Source of the DNA: an uncultured Gemmatimonadales bacterium
GTDB lineage: Bacteria > Gemmatimonadota > Gemmatimonadetes > Gemmatimonadales > GWC2-71-9
NCBI GenBank assembly: GCA_963728915.1
Contig: CAVSLV010000001.1
Location: 192,001 to 256,000, forward strand
DNA: 64,000 nucleotides
Direction: 5' to 3'
Shown: piece by piece, positions 1 through 9,528 of the stretch
Layout: every line of letters starts with the position of its first letter
How positions within the stretch are numbered: position 1 is the first letter of the stretch
Program-made: the position numbers and the translations under genes
The notes under the pieces: generated by a model
The model's database searches: none
Seen by the model: the letters and a program-made list of their open reading frames with translations, nothing else
What the model was told of the DNA's origin: nothing

Positions 1-472
1 ACAGGTCGTCGTCCAGCGTGAAGTAGGTCCGGTTCCAGTCGCAGCTCGCGCCGAGGGAGCGAAGCTGGCGCAGGATGGTGGAGCCGGTGGTCTCCACATG
101 GGACCAGACCCGCTGAACGAATGCCTCACGCCCCAGGTCGAACCGGGTCTTTCCCTCCTCGAGGAGGTCCTTTTCGACGACGTTCTGGGTCGCGATGCCG
201 GCGTGATCGGTCCCGGGAAGCCACAAGGTTGCCCGGCCCCGCATCCGCTCGAACCGGATCAGCACGTCCTGAAGGGTGTAGGTGAGCCCGTGCCCCATGT
301 GGAGGTTCGCCGTGACGTTGGGCGGCGGCATCATGATGACGTACGGGCGGACCGGCGGATCGGCGGACGGGCGATCGGGGGAGAAGTACCCCGCCTGTTC
401 CCACTGTTCGTAGAGCTCCTGCTCTAATCCGGTGGGGTTGTATTGGGGAGGAAGCGGCTCGCCCCGGGTCAT
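1..472 (-). CDS. valS: Valine--tRNA ligase, N-terminal part (runs off window start)
   Basis: Manual minus-strand translation: MTRGEPLPPQYNP...YVIMMPPPNVTANLHMGHGL...WLPGTDHAGIATQ...SLGASCDWNRTYFTLD; ATG overlaps stop of upstream gene (ATGA). Confidence 0.95.
   Translation of the reverse strand, partial: MTRGEPLPPQYNPTGLEQELYEQWEQAGYFSPDRPSADPPVRPYVIMMPPPNVTANLHMGHGLTYTLQDVLIRFERMRGRATLWLPGTDHAGIATQNVVEKDLLEEGKTRFDLGREAFVQRVWSHVETTGSTILRQLRSLGASCDWNRTYFTLDDDL
345..376. repeat. 8-bp tandem repeat (GGGCGGAC/CGGCGGAT/CGGCGGAC/GGGCGATC) inside valS
   Basis: Four degenerate 8-mers read directly; encodes DRPSADPPVRP just before the PPPN motif. Confidence 0.7.
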
Positions 473-885
473 GCGGGGCGGGGAACGTCCTGGTCGTCTT
501 CGCCTCGCACCAGGAGGCGGTTGGCCACATCGTACTCGCCCGATGCCGCCCGGGCCACCCGATGGGCCTGGGTCCGCGCGGTGCGGCTGTCGACCCAGCC
601 GCGGAGCTCGAGACCGCGATGGCCCCGGGATCGCACGTCGATGCGGTTCGCCTCGAGGTCCGGATCCCGGTCGAGCGCCTCCTGTACCCGCTTGATGGCG
701 CCGACCAGGGCTTTGGGAGGATGCGCCCGGTACCGGACCGGCCGGAACAGGCTGCCGATGCGGCGATGCCCGGCGGTTCCGAGCATTTCTCCGATCAGGA
801 ATCCGGCGGCGACGCCAAGAGAGAGTCCGCAGAGAGCCCAGGGGAGGGCTCTGGCGATGCGGCGGCTGCGAGTGGTCACTTCCAT
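469..885 (-). CDS. BON domain-containing membrane-anchored protein
   Basis: N-terminal TM segment, then IKRVQEALDRDPDLEANRIDV...LELRGWVDSRTARTQAHRVARAASGEYDVANRLLV (BON pattern). Confidence 0.75.
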   Translation of the reverse strand: MEVTTRSRRIARALPWALCGLSLGVAAGFLIGEMLGTAGHRRIGSLFRPVRYRAHPPKALVGAIKRVQEALDRDPDLEANRIDVRSRGHRGLELRGWVDSRTARTQAHRVARAASGEYDVANRLLVRGEDDQDVPRPA

Positions 886-932
886 CGGGTTAAGTTTAAT
901 CGATCGAAACTCCCCCGTGAACGAGTGTTTTG

Positions 933-1058
933 ATGCGTCTCGCTCTGATGCGCGTGGTGCTGCCGGTTCTCCTGATCCTGGTCGGGCTTGGCCTCTTTTT
1001 CCGTCTGGCTCCGCGAACCGCGCCACCGGTGGTGCCTTCGACCGGGACGGCCCGGTGA
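933..1058 (+). CDS. Small (41 aa) single-pass membrane protein, hypothetical
   Basis: MRLALMRVVLPVLLILVGLGLFFRLAPRTAPPVVPSTGTAR*; stop overlaps the thrS GTG (GTGA). Confidence 0.5.
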   Translation: MRLALMRVVLPVLLILVGLGLFFRLAPRTAPPVVPSTGTAR

Positions 1059-2971
1059 TCCGGCTCACCCTCCCGGACGGTTCGGTCCGGGAAGCAGCTC
1101 CGGGAATCACGGGGCGCGAACTCGCGGCGCTGATCGGGCCCGGGCTCGCTCGAGCCGCCCTGGCGATCCGGGTCAATGGCCAGGTCCGGGACCTGGGCCG
1201 GCCGATCGAGGAAGACGCCACGGTCGCGATCCTGACCGACCGGGATGAGGCGGCGCTCGAGATGCTGCGGCATTCCACCGCGCACGTGCTGGCCACCGCG
1301 GTGCGCGAGATCTTCCCCCAGGCCGGCATCGCGTTCGGCCCGCCGATCGAGGACGGGTTCTACTACGACTTCGAAGTCCCCCGGCCCTTTACCCCGGAGG
1401 ATCTCGAGCAGATCGAATCGAAGATGCGCGAAGTCACCGCCGCGGATTATCCGTTCGAGCGGGAAGTCGTGACCCGCGAGGAAGCCAACCGGCGCTTCGC
1501 CGACGATCCCCTGAAGCTCGAGCGAATCGAGGAGCTGGGGCCGAACGAGACGATCACGGTGTACACCGACGGGCCGTTCACCGATCTCTGCCGGGGCCCC
1601 CACGTGCCGAGCACGGGCCGGATCAAGCATTTCAAGCTGCTCCATGGGGCGGGGGCGTACTGGCGGGGTGATGAACGGCGCCAGATGCTCCAGCGGATCT
1701 ACGGGACCGCGTGGTTCAAGAAGGAAGATCTCGAGCAGTACCTCCACCGCCTCGAGGAAGCGCGGAAGCGCGACCATCGCAAGGTGGGGAAGGAGCTGGA
1801 CCTGTTCATGTTCCATCCGTGGTCGCCGGGCGCGCCGTTCTGGACCGAGCGCGGCACGATCATGTACAACGCGGTGGTGGACTATCTGCGGGAGCTCCAG
1901 CGGGAGGACTACCAGGAAATCCGGACCCCGCTGCTCTACAACAAGAAGCTCTGGGAGCTGTCGGGGCATTGGGGCAAGTACCGGGAGAACATGTTTCTGG
2001 TGCTCAACAAGGAAACCGATGAGGCGGACTTCGCGCTCAAGCCGATGAACTGCCCCTCGCACTACCTGCTCTATCTCGCGAAGAAGCACTCCTACCGGGA
2101 GCTGCCGCTTCGGTATTGCACCTACGATGTTCTGCATCGCAACGAAGTCTCCGGCGCGCTCTCGGGGCTCACCCGGGTGCGGCAGTTCTCCCAGGACGAC
2201 TGCCACATTTTCCTGATGGAGAGCCAGATCGCAGCGGAAGTGCAGCGGCTCACCGATTTCATCCTGGGCTATTACCGGACGTTCGGGCTCACCGCCACGC
2301 TCAATTTCGCTACCCGTCCCGAAGTCCGGATCGGGGAGGACGCGCTCTGGGATCGGGCCGAGGGCGCGCTTCGGGCCGCGCTCGAGGCGACCGGACTTCC
2401 CTACCAGCTCAAGCCGGGAGACGGTGCGTTCTACGGACCGAAAATCGATTTCGATGTGGCCGATTCGATCGGCCGGACCTGGCAGCTTGGCACCATTCAG
2501 CTCGACTACGCCGCGCCGGAACGGTTCGATCTCACCTATGTGGGGGAGGACAACCACGATCACCGGCCGGTGGTGATCCACCGCGCGGTGAGCGGATCGG
2601 TGGAGCGGTTCCTGGCGATCCTGATCGAACACTTCGCGGGCGCGTTCCCGGTATGGCTGGCTCCCGAGCAGGTCCGGGTGCTGCCGATCGGGGATCAGCA
2701 GCGCGAGGCGGCCGATGGGGTGACCCGTCGCCTGCGCGAGGCCGGGATCCGGGCCCACCTCGACGCGGGGAGTCAGACGCTCAACTACCGGATCCGCGAA
2801 GGAGAAGTGCACAAGGTTCCCTACATGGCCATCGTGGGCCAGCGCGAGGCCGAGGCCGGGACGGTGGCGCTCCGGGTTAGGGGGGCCGGGAACAAGCAGG
2901 AGATCGTGGAGGTCGCCGCGTTCGTGGAGCGGGTGGTGGGGGAGGTCCGGGAGAGGAGTCTGAAGGTCTGA
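1055..2971 (+). CDS. thrS: Threonine--tRNA ligase
   Basis: TGS domain (IRLTLPDGS), RHSTAH, DLCRGPHV, RDHRKVG, KPMNCP, FYGPKID motifs; start set at GTG 1055. Confidence 0.97.
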   Translation: MIRLTLPDGSVREAAPGITGRELAALIGPGLARAALAIRVNGQVRDLGRPIEEDATVAILTDRDEAALEMLRHSTAHVLATAVREIFPQAGIAFGPPIEDGFYYDFEVPRPFTPEDLEQIESKMREVTAADYPFEREVVTREEANRRFADDPLKLERIEELGPNETITVYTDGPFTDLCRGPHVPSTGRIKHFKLLHGAGAYWRGDERRQMLQRIYGTAWFKKEDLEQYLHRLEEARKRDHRKVGKELDLFMFHPWSPGAPFWTERGTIMYNAVVDYLRELQREDYQEIRTPLLYNKKLWELSGHWGKYRENMFLVLNKETDEADFALKPMNCPSHYLLYLAKKHSYRELPLRYCTYDVLHRNEVSGALSGLTRVRQFSQDDCHIFLMESQIAAEVQRLTDFILGYYRTFGLTATLNFATRPEVRIGEDALWDRAEGALRAALEATGLPYQLKPGDGAFYGPKIDFDVADSIGRTWQLGTIQLDYAAPERFDLTYVGEDNHDHRPVVIHRAVSGSVERFLAILIEHFAGAFPVWLAPEQVRVLPIGDQQREAADGVTRRLREAGIRAHLDAGSQTLNYRIREGEVHKVPYMAIVGQREAEAGTVALRVRGAGNKQEIVEVAAFVERVVGEVRERSLKV

Positions 2972-2987
2972 AAGTCTGTAAGTCTGT
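2956..2987. repeat. 8-bp tandem array RRGTCTGW x4 (left arm)
   Basis: GAGTCTGA AGGTCTGA AAGTCTGT AAGTCTGT, overlapping the thrS stop. Confidence 0.8.
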
Positions 2988-3007
2988 AAGGCTCGCCGCC
3001 GTCTGTT

Positions 3008-3287
3008 CTATGCTGAGGACTTCTTGGCGGCCTGGTAGAGCCTCCATAGCAGCCGCCCTGTCTCGTCTAGTTGCGAAGTCAAATCTCCCGAATGTGCTCC
3101 GTCTCGATATCCAGGCTCTCGCGCCAGTCTGATGAGATAGCGGAGCTCCGATTGAGACCGCCGCTCGTCGTACCTGAGCGGTAATGCCGTATTTCTCGCG
3201 TGCCGGCCATGCGGTGGTTGCACGGTATACCGTCAGTACCAATTCGCGGGCCCTTTGCCAGGTTCGTAGCCGCTCATAGGATCCCAT
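3008..3287 (-). pseudogene. Four-helix-bundle protein (TIGR02436 / IVP / Avd-like), internally deleted and frameshifted
   Basis: MGSYERLRTWQRARELVLTVYRATTAWPAREKYGITAQVRRAAVSI, then in another frame SELRYLIRLAREPGY...LDETGRLLWRLY; the central NIAEG segment is absent. Confidence 0.8.
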
Positions 3288-3367
3288 TCGAGCAAGTTGG
3301 TTCAGGAAATCGGTACGAGGGAGCCGACCTAGCGCATCGGGGTTCGGAATAACGCGCCTCATTTCCT

Positions 3368-3423
3368 CCAGACCCACAGACTGTCAGACCTCCAGACTTC
3401 CAGACCTCCAGACCTTCAGACGT
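3368..3423. repeat. 8-bp tandem array NCAGACNN x7 (right arm, inverted relative to 2956-2987)
   Basis: CCAGACCC ACAGACTG TCAGACCT CCAGACTT CCAGACCT CCAGACCT TCAGACGT. Confidence 0.85.
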
Positions 3424-3449
3424 CCCTCCCTTGCGACTAGCTTCCCCGT

Positions 3450-4637
3450 ATGAGCGACGCCACCATCCCCGTCATTCTTTCCGCCTGTCGTACCCCGATC
3501 GGCAAGTACCTGGGCGGCCTCTCGTCCTTCACGGCGCCCCAGCTCGGCGCGATCGTGCTCCGCGAAGCAGTCCGCCGTGCCGGCGTGGATCAGGCGCTGG
3601 TCGACGAAGTCATCATGGGCCACGTCCTCCAGGGCGGTGCCGGCCAGGCCCCCGGTCGTCAGGCCGCGATTCATTCCGGACTTCCCGCCACGATTCCCGC
3701 GGTCACCATCAACAAGGTCTGCGGCTCCGGACTCAAAGCCGTGATGCTCGCGGCCCAGGCCATCAAGGCAGGCGACGCCCAGTGCGTGGCGGCCGGCGGA
3801 ATGGAGGCGATGTCCGCGTCGCCCCACTACCTCTACGGCCTCCGCACCGGGATCAAGGCGGGGAATTCGACCCTGGTGGACGGGATGATTCACGACGGCC
3901 TGTGGGATTCCTTCGGCGCCGTCCACATGGGGAGTTATGCCGAGTACACCGCGGAGAAGGCCGGCATAACCCGCAAGGACCAGGATGAATTCGCCTTCCA
4001 GAGCCACCGCAAGGCGGTGGCGGCGATCGATGCGGGCCGTTTCAAGGCCGAAATCATTCCGGTGGACGTGAAGACGAAGGCGGGAACTACGGTGGTCGAT
4101 ACCGACGAGGGCCCCCGCAAGGACACCACCGTCGAAGCCCTCGCCAGGCTCAAACCGGCCTTCCAGAAAGAGGGCACCGTCACGGCGGGCAACGCGCCCG
4201 GCCTCAATGACGGGGCAAGCGCCCTCGTGGTGAGCTCCCTTGCCTTCGCCAAGACCCACGGGCTCAAACCGCTGGCCCGGATTACCTCGTACGCCACCGG
4301 CGGCGGTGAACCGCGGGACCTGTTCTTCGCCCCGATCCAGGCAGTGGAGAACCTTCTCCGAATCGAGCACAAGCCGATCTCCGCGTTCGATCTGATCGAG
4401 GCAAACGAGGCGTTCGCGGTCCAGGCCATTGCGGACGGGCGGGCCCTGGGATGGGACTGGGACCGGGTCAACGTGAACGGCGGGGCGATCGCCCTGGGCC
4501 ACCCGATCGGCGCGAGCGGCGCCCGGGTGCTTACCACGCTGCTGTATGCCATGCGTGACCGGAAAGCCCGCACCGGCCTCGCCACGCTCTGCCTGGGTGG
4601 GGGCAACGCCGTGGCGCTCGCCGTCGAGGCGCTTTGA
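3450..4637 (+). CDS. Acetyl-CoA C-acetyltransferase (thiolase)
   Basis: [37 protein letters not shown] motifs. Confidence 0.95.
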   Translation: MSDATIPVILSACRTPIGKYLGGLSSFTAPQLGAIVLREAVRRAGVDQALVDEVIMGHVLQGGAGQAPGRQAAIHSGLPATIPAVTINKVCGSGLKAVMLAAQAIKAGDAQCVAAGGMEAMSASPHYLYGLRTGIKAGNSTLVDGMIHDGLWDSFGAVHMGSYAEYTAEKAGITRKDQDEFAFQSHRKAVAAIDAGRFKAEIIPVDVKTKAGTTVVDTDEGPRKDTTVEALARLKPAFQKEGTVTAGNAPGLNDGASALVVSSLAFAKTHGLKPLARITSYATGGGEPRDLFFAPIQAVENLLRIEHKPISAFDLIEANEAFAVQAIADGRALGWDWDRVNVNGGAIALGHPIGASGARVLTTLLYAMRDRKARTGLATLCLGGGNAVALAVEAL

Positions 4638-5494
4638 ACGGAAGAGGCAAGCTCAAGCTCCTCGGCTGGTCCATCGTTTATCTCGTCGGCGCATTTGTCC
4701 TCTCCGGTTTTCTCTCCGTCCTTCTGGCGCGGCTGTTCGTCGGACCGGGAGTGAGCTTCCTCGGGATTACCGCGGTGCAGACGGTCGCGCTCCTGATCGG
4801 GTTCGGGCTCGCTACCTGGCTCATCGGCCATCGAGTGCTGGGCCTGACCCGCGAGGATTTCGAGCGCCTCCCAGGGAGCGCCTCTCCGCAAGGTCGCCTG
4901 GGCCGCCTCGGCCGCGGCCTGCTGGTTGGAGTGCTGCTCGCGGGCATCGCCATGGTGCTCGCGGTGCCGGCCGGTCACGCCGGCTGGCACACCGGACCGC
5001 GGGGGCCGCTGGCCTGGCTCGGCGCCACCGCGATCACCGCGACGGTTCTGCTCCCTGCCGCCCTCGCGGAGGAGCTGGCCTTTCGGGGCGTGCCCCTGCT
5101 CGCCCTCTCCCGCGCGTTCGGGCGGTTGCCCGCGATCGTCGGCCTCGCAGTGCTGTTCGCCCTCGCCCATCTCGAGAACCCCTCGGTGACGCCGCTCGCG
5201 ATCGGGAACATTGCGCTCGCTGGCGTGTTCCTCGCCCTCCTGTTTTTCTCGCCGGGAGGTCTGTGGACCTCGACCGGTGCGCACCTCGGCTGGAACCTCA
5301 CGCTGGCCGGACTCGGCGCGCCGGTGAGCGGACTGCCCCTGGCGATTCCGTGGCTTGGCTATTCTCCGGGCGGACCATCCTGGCTCACCGGAGGAGCCTT
5401 CGGTCCCGAAGGAGGCGCGATCGCCTCGCTCTGCCTGCTTGGCGGGTCATTGCTGGCCGCGCGCATCGAACCGGGGAAGAAGGAGACATCATGA
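4634..5494 (+). CDS. CPBP (Abi/CAAX) family intramembrane metalloprotease
   Basis: [25 protein letters not shown] motifs; multiple TM segments. Confidence 0.9.
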   Translation: MNGRGKLKLLGWSIVYLVGAFVLSGFLSVLLARLFVGPGVSFLGITAVQTVALLIGFGLATWLIGHRVLGLTREDFERLPGSASPQGRLGRLGRGLLVGVLLAGIAMVLAVPAGHAGWHTGPRGPLAWLGATAITATVLLPAALAEELAFRGVPLLALSRAFGRLPAIVGLAVLFALAHLENPSVTPLAIGNIALAGVFLALLFFSPGGLWTSTGAHLGWNLTLAGLGAPVSGLPLAIPWLGYSPGGPSWLTGGAFGPEGGAIASLCLLGGSLLAARIEPGKKETS

Positions 5495-6336
5495 GCGGCA
5501 AGGTGGCGGTGATCGGCGCGGGCACCATGGGGAACGGGATCGCCCACGTGTTCGCCCAGCATGGTTGGCAGGTCCGCCTGATCGATGTCGTCCCTGCGGC
5601 GCTCGAGAAGGGGGTCGCCACGATCCGGGCCAATCTCGAGCGACAGGTCAAGAAGGGCACCATTTCGGCTGACGCAGTCCCCGAGATCCTGGGCCGGATC
5701 GAGAGCCGGCCTTCGTTGGATGCCGCGGGAGACGCCGAGCTTGTGGTCGAGGCCGCGAGCGAGCGGGCCGAACTCAAGTTCGAGGTGTTCCGCCGCCTGG
5801 ACGAGATTGCGCCTGCCGGAGCCATTCTGGCCTCCAATACCAGCTCGATCTCGATCACCGAGATCGCGGCCAAAACGAAACGTCCCGCCCAGGTCATCGG
5901 GATGCATTTCATGAACCCGGTCCCGGTGATGCAGCTGGTGGAGGTGATCCGGGGCCAGGCCACCAGCGACGAAACCACGCGAAAGACGCTGGAGACCGCC
6001 AAAGCCCTGGGCAAGACTCCGGTGGAGGTGAACGACTATCCGGGATTCGTGGCCAACCGGGTGCTCCTGCCGATGATCAACGAGGCGATCTACGCGGTCA
6101 TGGAGGGGGTCGCGACCCCCGAGGCGATCGACACCGTGATGAAGCTCGGCATGGGGCACCCGATGGGCCCGCTCGCCCTGGCCGACTTCATCGGGCTGGA
6201 TGTGTGCCTGGCAATTCTCGAGGTGATGCATGCCGGGTTAGGCGACCCGAAGTACCGGCCTTGCCCCCTGCTTCGCAAGCTGGTGGCGGCCGGGGAGCTC
6301 GGCCGAAAAAGCGGAAAGGGCTTCTACCGGTACTAG
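5491..6336 (+). CDS. hbd: 3-hydroxybutyryl-CoA dehydrogenase
   Basis: [39 protein letters not shown]. Confidence 0.95.
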   Translation: MSGKVAVIGAGTMGNGIAHVFAQHGWQVRLIDVVPAALEKGVATIRANLERQVKKGTISADAVPEILGRIESRPSLDAAGDAELVVEAASERAELKFEVFRRLDEIAPAGAILASNTSSISITEIAAKTKRPAQVIGMHFMNPVPVMQLVEVIRGQATSDETTRKTLETAKALGKTPVEVNDYPGFVANRVLLPMINEAIYAVMEGVATPEAIDTVMKLGMGHPMGPLALADFIGLDVCLAILEVMHAGLGDPKYRPCPLLRKLVAAGELGRKSGKGFYRY

Positions 6337-6893
6337 GGTTCTCCCCAGATCTCCGCAAAGAACCCCGCCAGCGGAATGACCAGCGGCTCGCCCGCACCTT
6401 CAGGCTTCCAGGTCACCTGCTCATCGAGGATCTCCGGCCGCTGATCGTCCGGCCGCCAGCGTTCAACGATTCTCGCCTCGAGGTCCACCACCCAGTACTC
6501 GGGGATACCGGAGCGCTGGTATCGCCGCCGTTTGACGAGCCGGTCGGCCCGGCCACTGCTCGGGGAGAGAACCTCGATCACCAGGATCGGGTTCTGAACG
6601 TGCTCCCAACGCCGGTCCGGAGGCAGGCCGCGCAGCACGAACAGATCGGGCTGCATCAGGTGCTTCCCGCCCAGACTCAGGTCGGCCGGACTCAGCAGAA
6701 GTTGACCCAGACCATTCGCCTTTACATAGGGCGAGATACACTCTGCCAAAAGCATCACCGCATGCTGGTGCCGCATCGCCGGCGCGGGAGTCACCAGCAG
6801 CTCCCCGTCCACCAGCTCGTAGCGATTGCCGTCGTCCGGCAGCGCCAGCACCATTTCGCGGGTCCACCGCTCCACCACTTCAGGCATACCCAT
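6333..6893 (-). CDS. Uma2 family endonuclease
   Basis: [39 protein letters not shown]. Confidence 0.9.
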   Translation of the reverse strand: MGMPEVVERWTREMVLALPDDGNRYELVDGELLVTPAPAMRHQHAVMLLAECISPYVKANGLGQLLLSPADLSLGGKHLMQPDLFVLRGLPPDRRWEHVQNPILVIEVLSPSSGRADRLVKRRRYQRSGIPEYWVVDLEARIVERWRPDDQRPEILDEQVTWKPEGAGEPLVIPLAGFFAEIWGEP

Positions 6894-7049
6894 ACCCTAA
6901 CACTCCTCGGCGAAAGTTCGCAACTGGGCATCGTTCAATCTCGAGGCGGTTCCCACAATGCCCCCCACCGATAGGGCGCCGAGGTGGGCGAAGAAACGCA
7001 GAACGCGGGCTCGGGCGCGCTGGCCGGTCGGGGTGATACATTCCATTCG

Positions 7050-7490
7050 ATGCCTGAGACCATCCCGATCGGCGCGGATCACGCCGGGTACGACCTGAAA
7101 GAGCGGCTCATCAAGGAGCTGGCCTCGATGGGCTACCAGCCCCTCGATCTGGGGACCACCTCGACCGCCTCGACCGACTATCCGATCTATGCCCACAAGG
7201 TGGCCGAGCGGGTGGCCAAGGGGGAGAACGCCCGCGGGATCCTGCTGTGCGGCACTGGGCTGGGAATGAGCTACACGGCGAATCGCTATCATGGAGTCCG
7301 GGCCGCGGTGGCCTGGTCCCCGGAAATCGCCCACCTCGCCCGCTCCCATGGGAACTCCAACGTGCTCGTGCTTCCCGCGCGGTTCCTCGATCCCGACACC
7401 GGCGTGGCCATCATGAAGGAATGGTTGAACACTCCCTTCGAAGGCGGCCGGCACGCCCGGCGGATCGCCGAGATCGAGGAAACTCCGTGA
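7050..7490 (+). CDS. rpiB: Ribose 5-phosphate isomerase B
   Basis: [27 protein letters not shown]. Confidence 0.95.
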   Translation: MPETIPIGADHAGYDLKERLIKELASMGYQPLDLGTTSTASTDYPIYAHKVAERVAKGENARGILLCGTGLGMSYTANRYHGVRAAVAWSPEIAHLARSHGNSNVLVLPARFLDPDTGVAIMKEWLNTPFEGGRHARRIAEIEETP

Positions 7491-8764
7491 CCGATCACAA
7501 CGCCCCGCTCCGCGCGGTCGATCCCGATATCGCCCAGCTGGTGGATCGCGAGCTGATTCGCCAGCGGGAAGGGCTCGAGCTGATCGCCAGCGAAAACTTC
7601 GCCTCCCGCGCGGTCATCGACGCGATGGGGACCCCGCTCACCAACAAGTACGCCGAGGGGTATCCCGGCCGTCGCTACTACGGGGGATGCCAGGTGGTGG
7701 ACGAGGTCGAGCGTCTCTGCATCGATCGGTGCAAGGGCATCTTCCAGGCCCAGCACGCGAACGTGCAGCCCCACGCCGGAGCCCAGGCCAATTTCGCCGC
7801 GTTCATGGCGGTCGCTCCCCCGGGCGAGCTGATTCTCGCCATGTCGCTCCCCCATGGAGGCCACCTCTCTCACGGGCATTCGGTCAATCACAGCGGGGTG
7901 ATCTGGCGCGCCGAGCACTACGGGGTGAACCCCGCCACCGGGATCATCGACTACGACCAGGTCCGGGAGCTGGCCCGGCGTCATCGTCCCAAGTTGATCG
8001 TGGCGGGGGGGAGCGCCTACGCCCGGATCATCGATTTCGCCGCGTTCCGGACTATTGCCGATGAAGTCGGGGCCATCTTCCTGGTCGACATGGCGCATTT
8101 CGCGGGGCTGGTGGCCGGTGGCGTCTACCCCTCGCCGGTGCCCCATGCCCACGTGGTGACCTCGACTACCCACAAGACTCTGCGGGGTCCGCGAGGTGGC
8201 ATCATCCTCTCCGGAACCGAGCTCGCCAAGGCCATTGATAAGTCGGTCTTCCCGGGGACCCAGGGCGGGCCCCTGATGCACATCATCGCCGCCAAGGCTG
8301 TGGCCTTCGCCGAGGCCGCGACCGAAGAGTTCAAGCGCTACTGTCGCCGTACCGTCGCCAACGCCAAGCGGCTCGCGGAGGCCATGATCGAGCGGGGCTT
8401 CCCCATCGTTTCGGGCGGGACCGACAGCCATCTGATGCTGGTGGACCTGCGGCCCAAGGGGCTCACTGGAAAGATCGCCGAGGAGCTGCTGGTCCGGGCC
8501 AGCATCACTGTGAACAAGAACACCGTTCCCGACGATCCCCAGTCGCCGTTCGTGACCAGTGGCATCCGCCTGGGAACGCCGGCCCTCACGACGCGGGGGA
8601 TGGGGCTCGACGAAATGACCCGGGTCGCCGAGCTGATCGATGAGGTATTGAGCCGCCGGGACGAGGCGACCATCGAACGGGTGCGCAATGAAGTCGAGGA
8701 GCTGGCCTCCGGATTCCCCCTGTATGACCGGGTTTCCGTCCGGGCGCTGGCGGGGGCTCGGTGA
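7487..8764 (+). CDS. glyA: Serine hydroxymethyltransferase
   Basis: [42 protein letters not shown]. Confidence 0.97.
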   Translation: MTDHNAPLRAVDPDIAQLVDRELIRQREGLELIASENFASRAVIDAMGTPLTNKYAEGYPGRRYYGGCQVVDEVERLCIDRCKGIFQAQHANVQPHAGAQANFAAFMAVAPPGELILAMSLPHGGHLSHGHSVNHSGVIWRAEHYGVNPATGIIDYDQVRELARRHRPKLIVAGGSAYARIIDFAAFRTIADEVGAIFLVDMAHFAGLVAGGVYPSPVPHAHVVTSTTHKTLRGPRGGIILSGTELAKAIDKSVFPGTQGGPLMHIIAAKAVAFAEAATEEFKRYCRRTVANAKRLAEAMIERGFPIVSGGTDSHLMLVDLRPKGLTGKIAEELLVRASITVNKNTVPDDPQSPFVTSGIRLGTPALTTRGMGLDEMTRVAELIDEVLSRRDEATIERVRNEVEELASGFPLYDRVSVRALAGAR

Positions 8765-9147
8765 ACGAGGTGACCCTCGCTCCGGATGTGGTGGCCCGGC
8801 TCCAGCAGAGCGGGGCGCCCTTCGATGAGCGGGCCTTTCTGTTCGTGCTGGCCGGACTGGAATACCTCCAGACCAGGCTGCCAGAGCGCCGGCACGTGAG
8901 CGGCGCGGAAGTGACTCATGCCTGCCGGGATCTGGCCCTGGAGCAATATGGGCTGCTCGCCCGCGAGGTCCTGGAGCACTGGGGCATCCGGGAGACGGCG
9001 GATTTCGGCCGGATCGTTTATGCGTTGGTGGACGTGGGCCTGCTCGTCACCCAGGCTGGAGATCGAATCGAGGATTTCCAGGAGGTGTACTCTTTCGAGC
9101 GCGCCTTCGAAGAGGGCTACGTGTGGGGGCGGGCGCTGGGCGGTTGA
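8761..9147 (+). CDS. Minf_1886 family protein
   Basis: FVLAGL...RHVSGAE...[27 protein letters not shown]...[10 protein letters not shown] pattern. Confidence 0.8.
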   Translation: MNEVTLAPDVVARLQQSGAPFDERAFLFVLAGLEYLQTRLPERRHVSGAEVTHACRDLALEQYGLLAREVLEHWGIRETADFGRIVYALVDVGLLVTQAGDRIEDFQEVYSFERAFEEGYVWGRALGG

Positions 9148-9180
9148 CGGCCGATCCGCCGCTCGGGAGGGGAAGGCGAG

Positions 9181-9378
9181 ATGACGAATCCGGTCGAATG
9201 GCCTCGATGCCAGAAGTGCTCGAATGGAACCCTGATTCCGCTGTCGGATTATGGCCGGGATGGAGCGCCAATCACCTACAAGGCGTGGGCCTGTACCAAC
9301 CCGGAGTGCGGGTTCAATCTGCGGATCGACAATGGTGAGATCAGCTTCGGGCGCGCGATAGGGCAGAGTCAGAAATAG
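9181..9378 (+). CDS. Small zinc-ribbon-like protein
   Basis: 65 aa with CQKC...CTNPEC; GGAGG/GGAAGG RBS upstream. Confidence 0.75.
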   Translation: MTNPVEWPRCQKCSNGTLIPLSDYGRDGAPITYKAWACTNPECGFNLRIDNGEISFGRAIGQSQK

Positions 9379-9526
9379 GCGGACCGGCGGATAGAGGGGG
9401 TGTATTGAGAGCATCTTTCCGTGTTCGTAGACAGATCTCCCGGTCCACCTCCACGTCCGCCCATCCGCCCATCCGCCTGTCCGCTCTCCACGCGTCCGCC
9501 TGCCCGCCAGTCCGCCTGCCCGCCTG
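9377..9526. repeat. Inverted 8-bp tandem arrays (GGCGGAY left; RYCCGCCN x~8 right)
   Basis: AGGCGGAC CGGCGGAT at ~9378; GTCCGCCC ATCCGCCC ATCCGCCT GTCCGCTC ... GTCCGCCT GCCCGCCA GTCCGCCT GCCCGCCT from 9455. Confidence 0.75.
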
Positions 9527-9528
9527 AC

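Noticed and set aside
3008..3287. Diversity-generating retroelement, suggested by the Avd-like gene
   Set aside because: No reverse transcriptase and no TR/VR repeat pair seen in the window.
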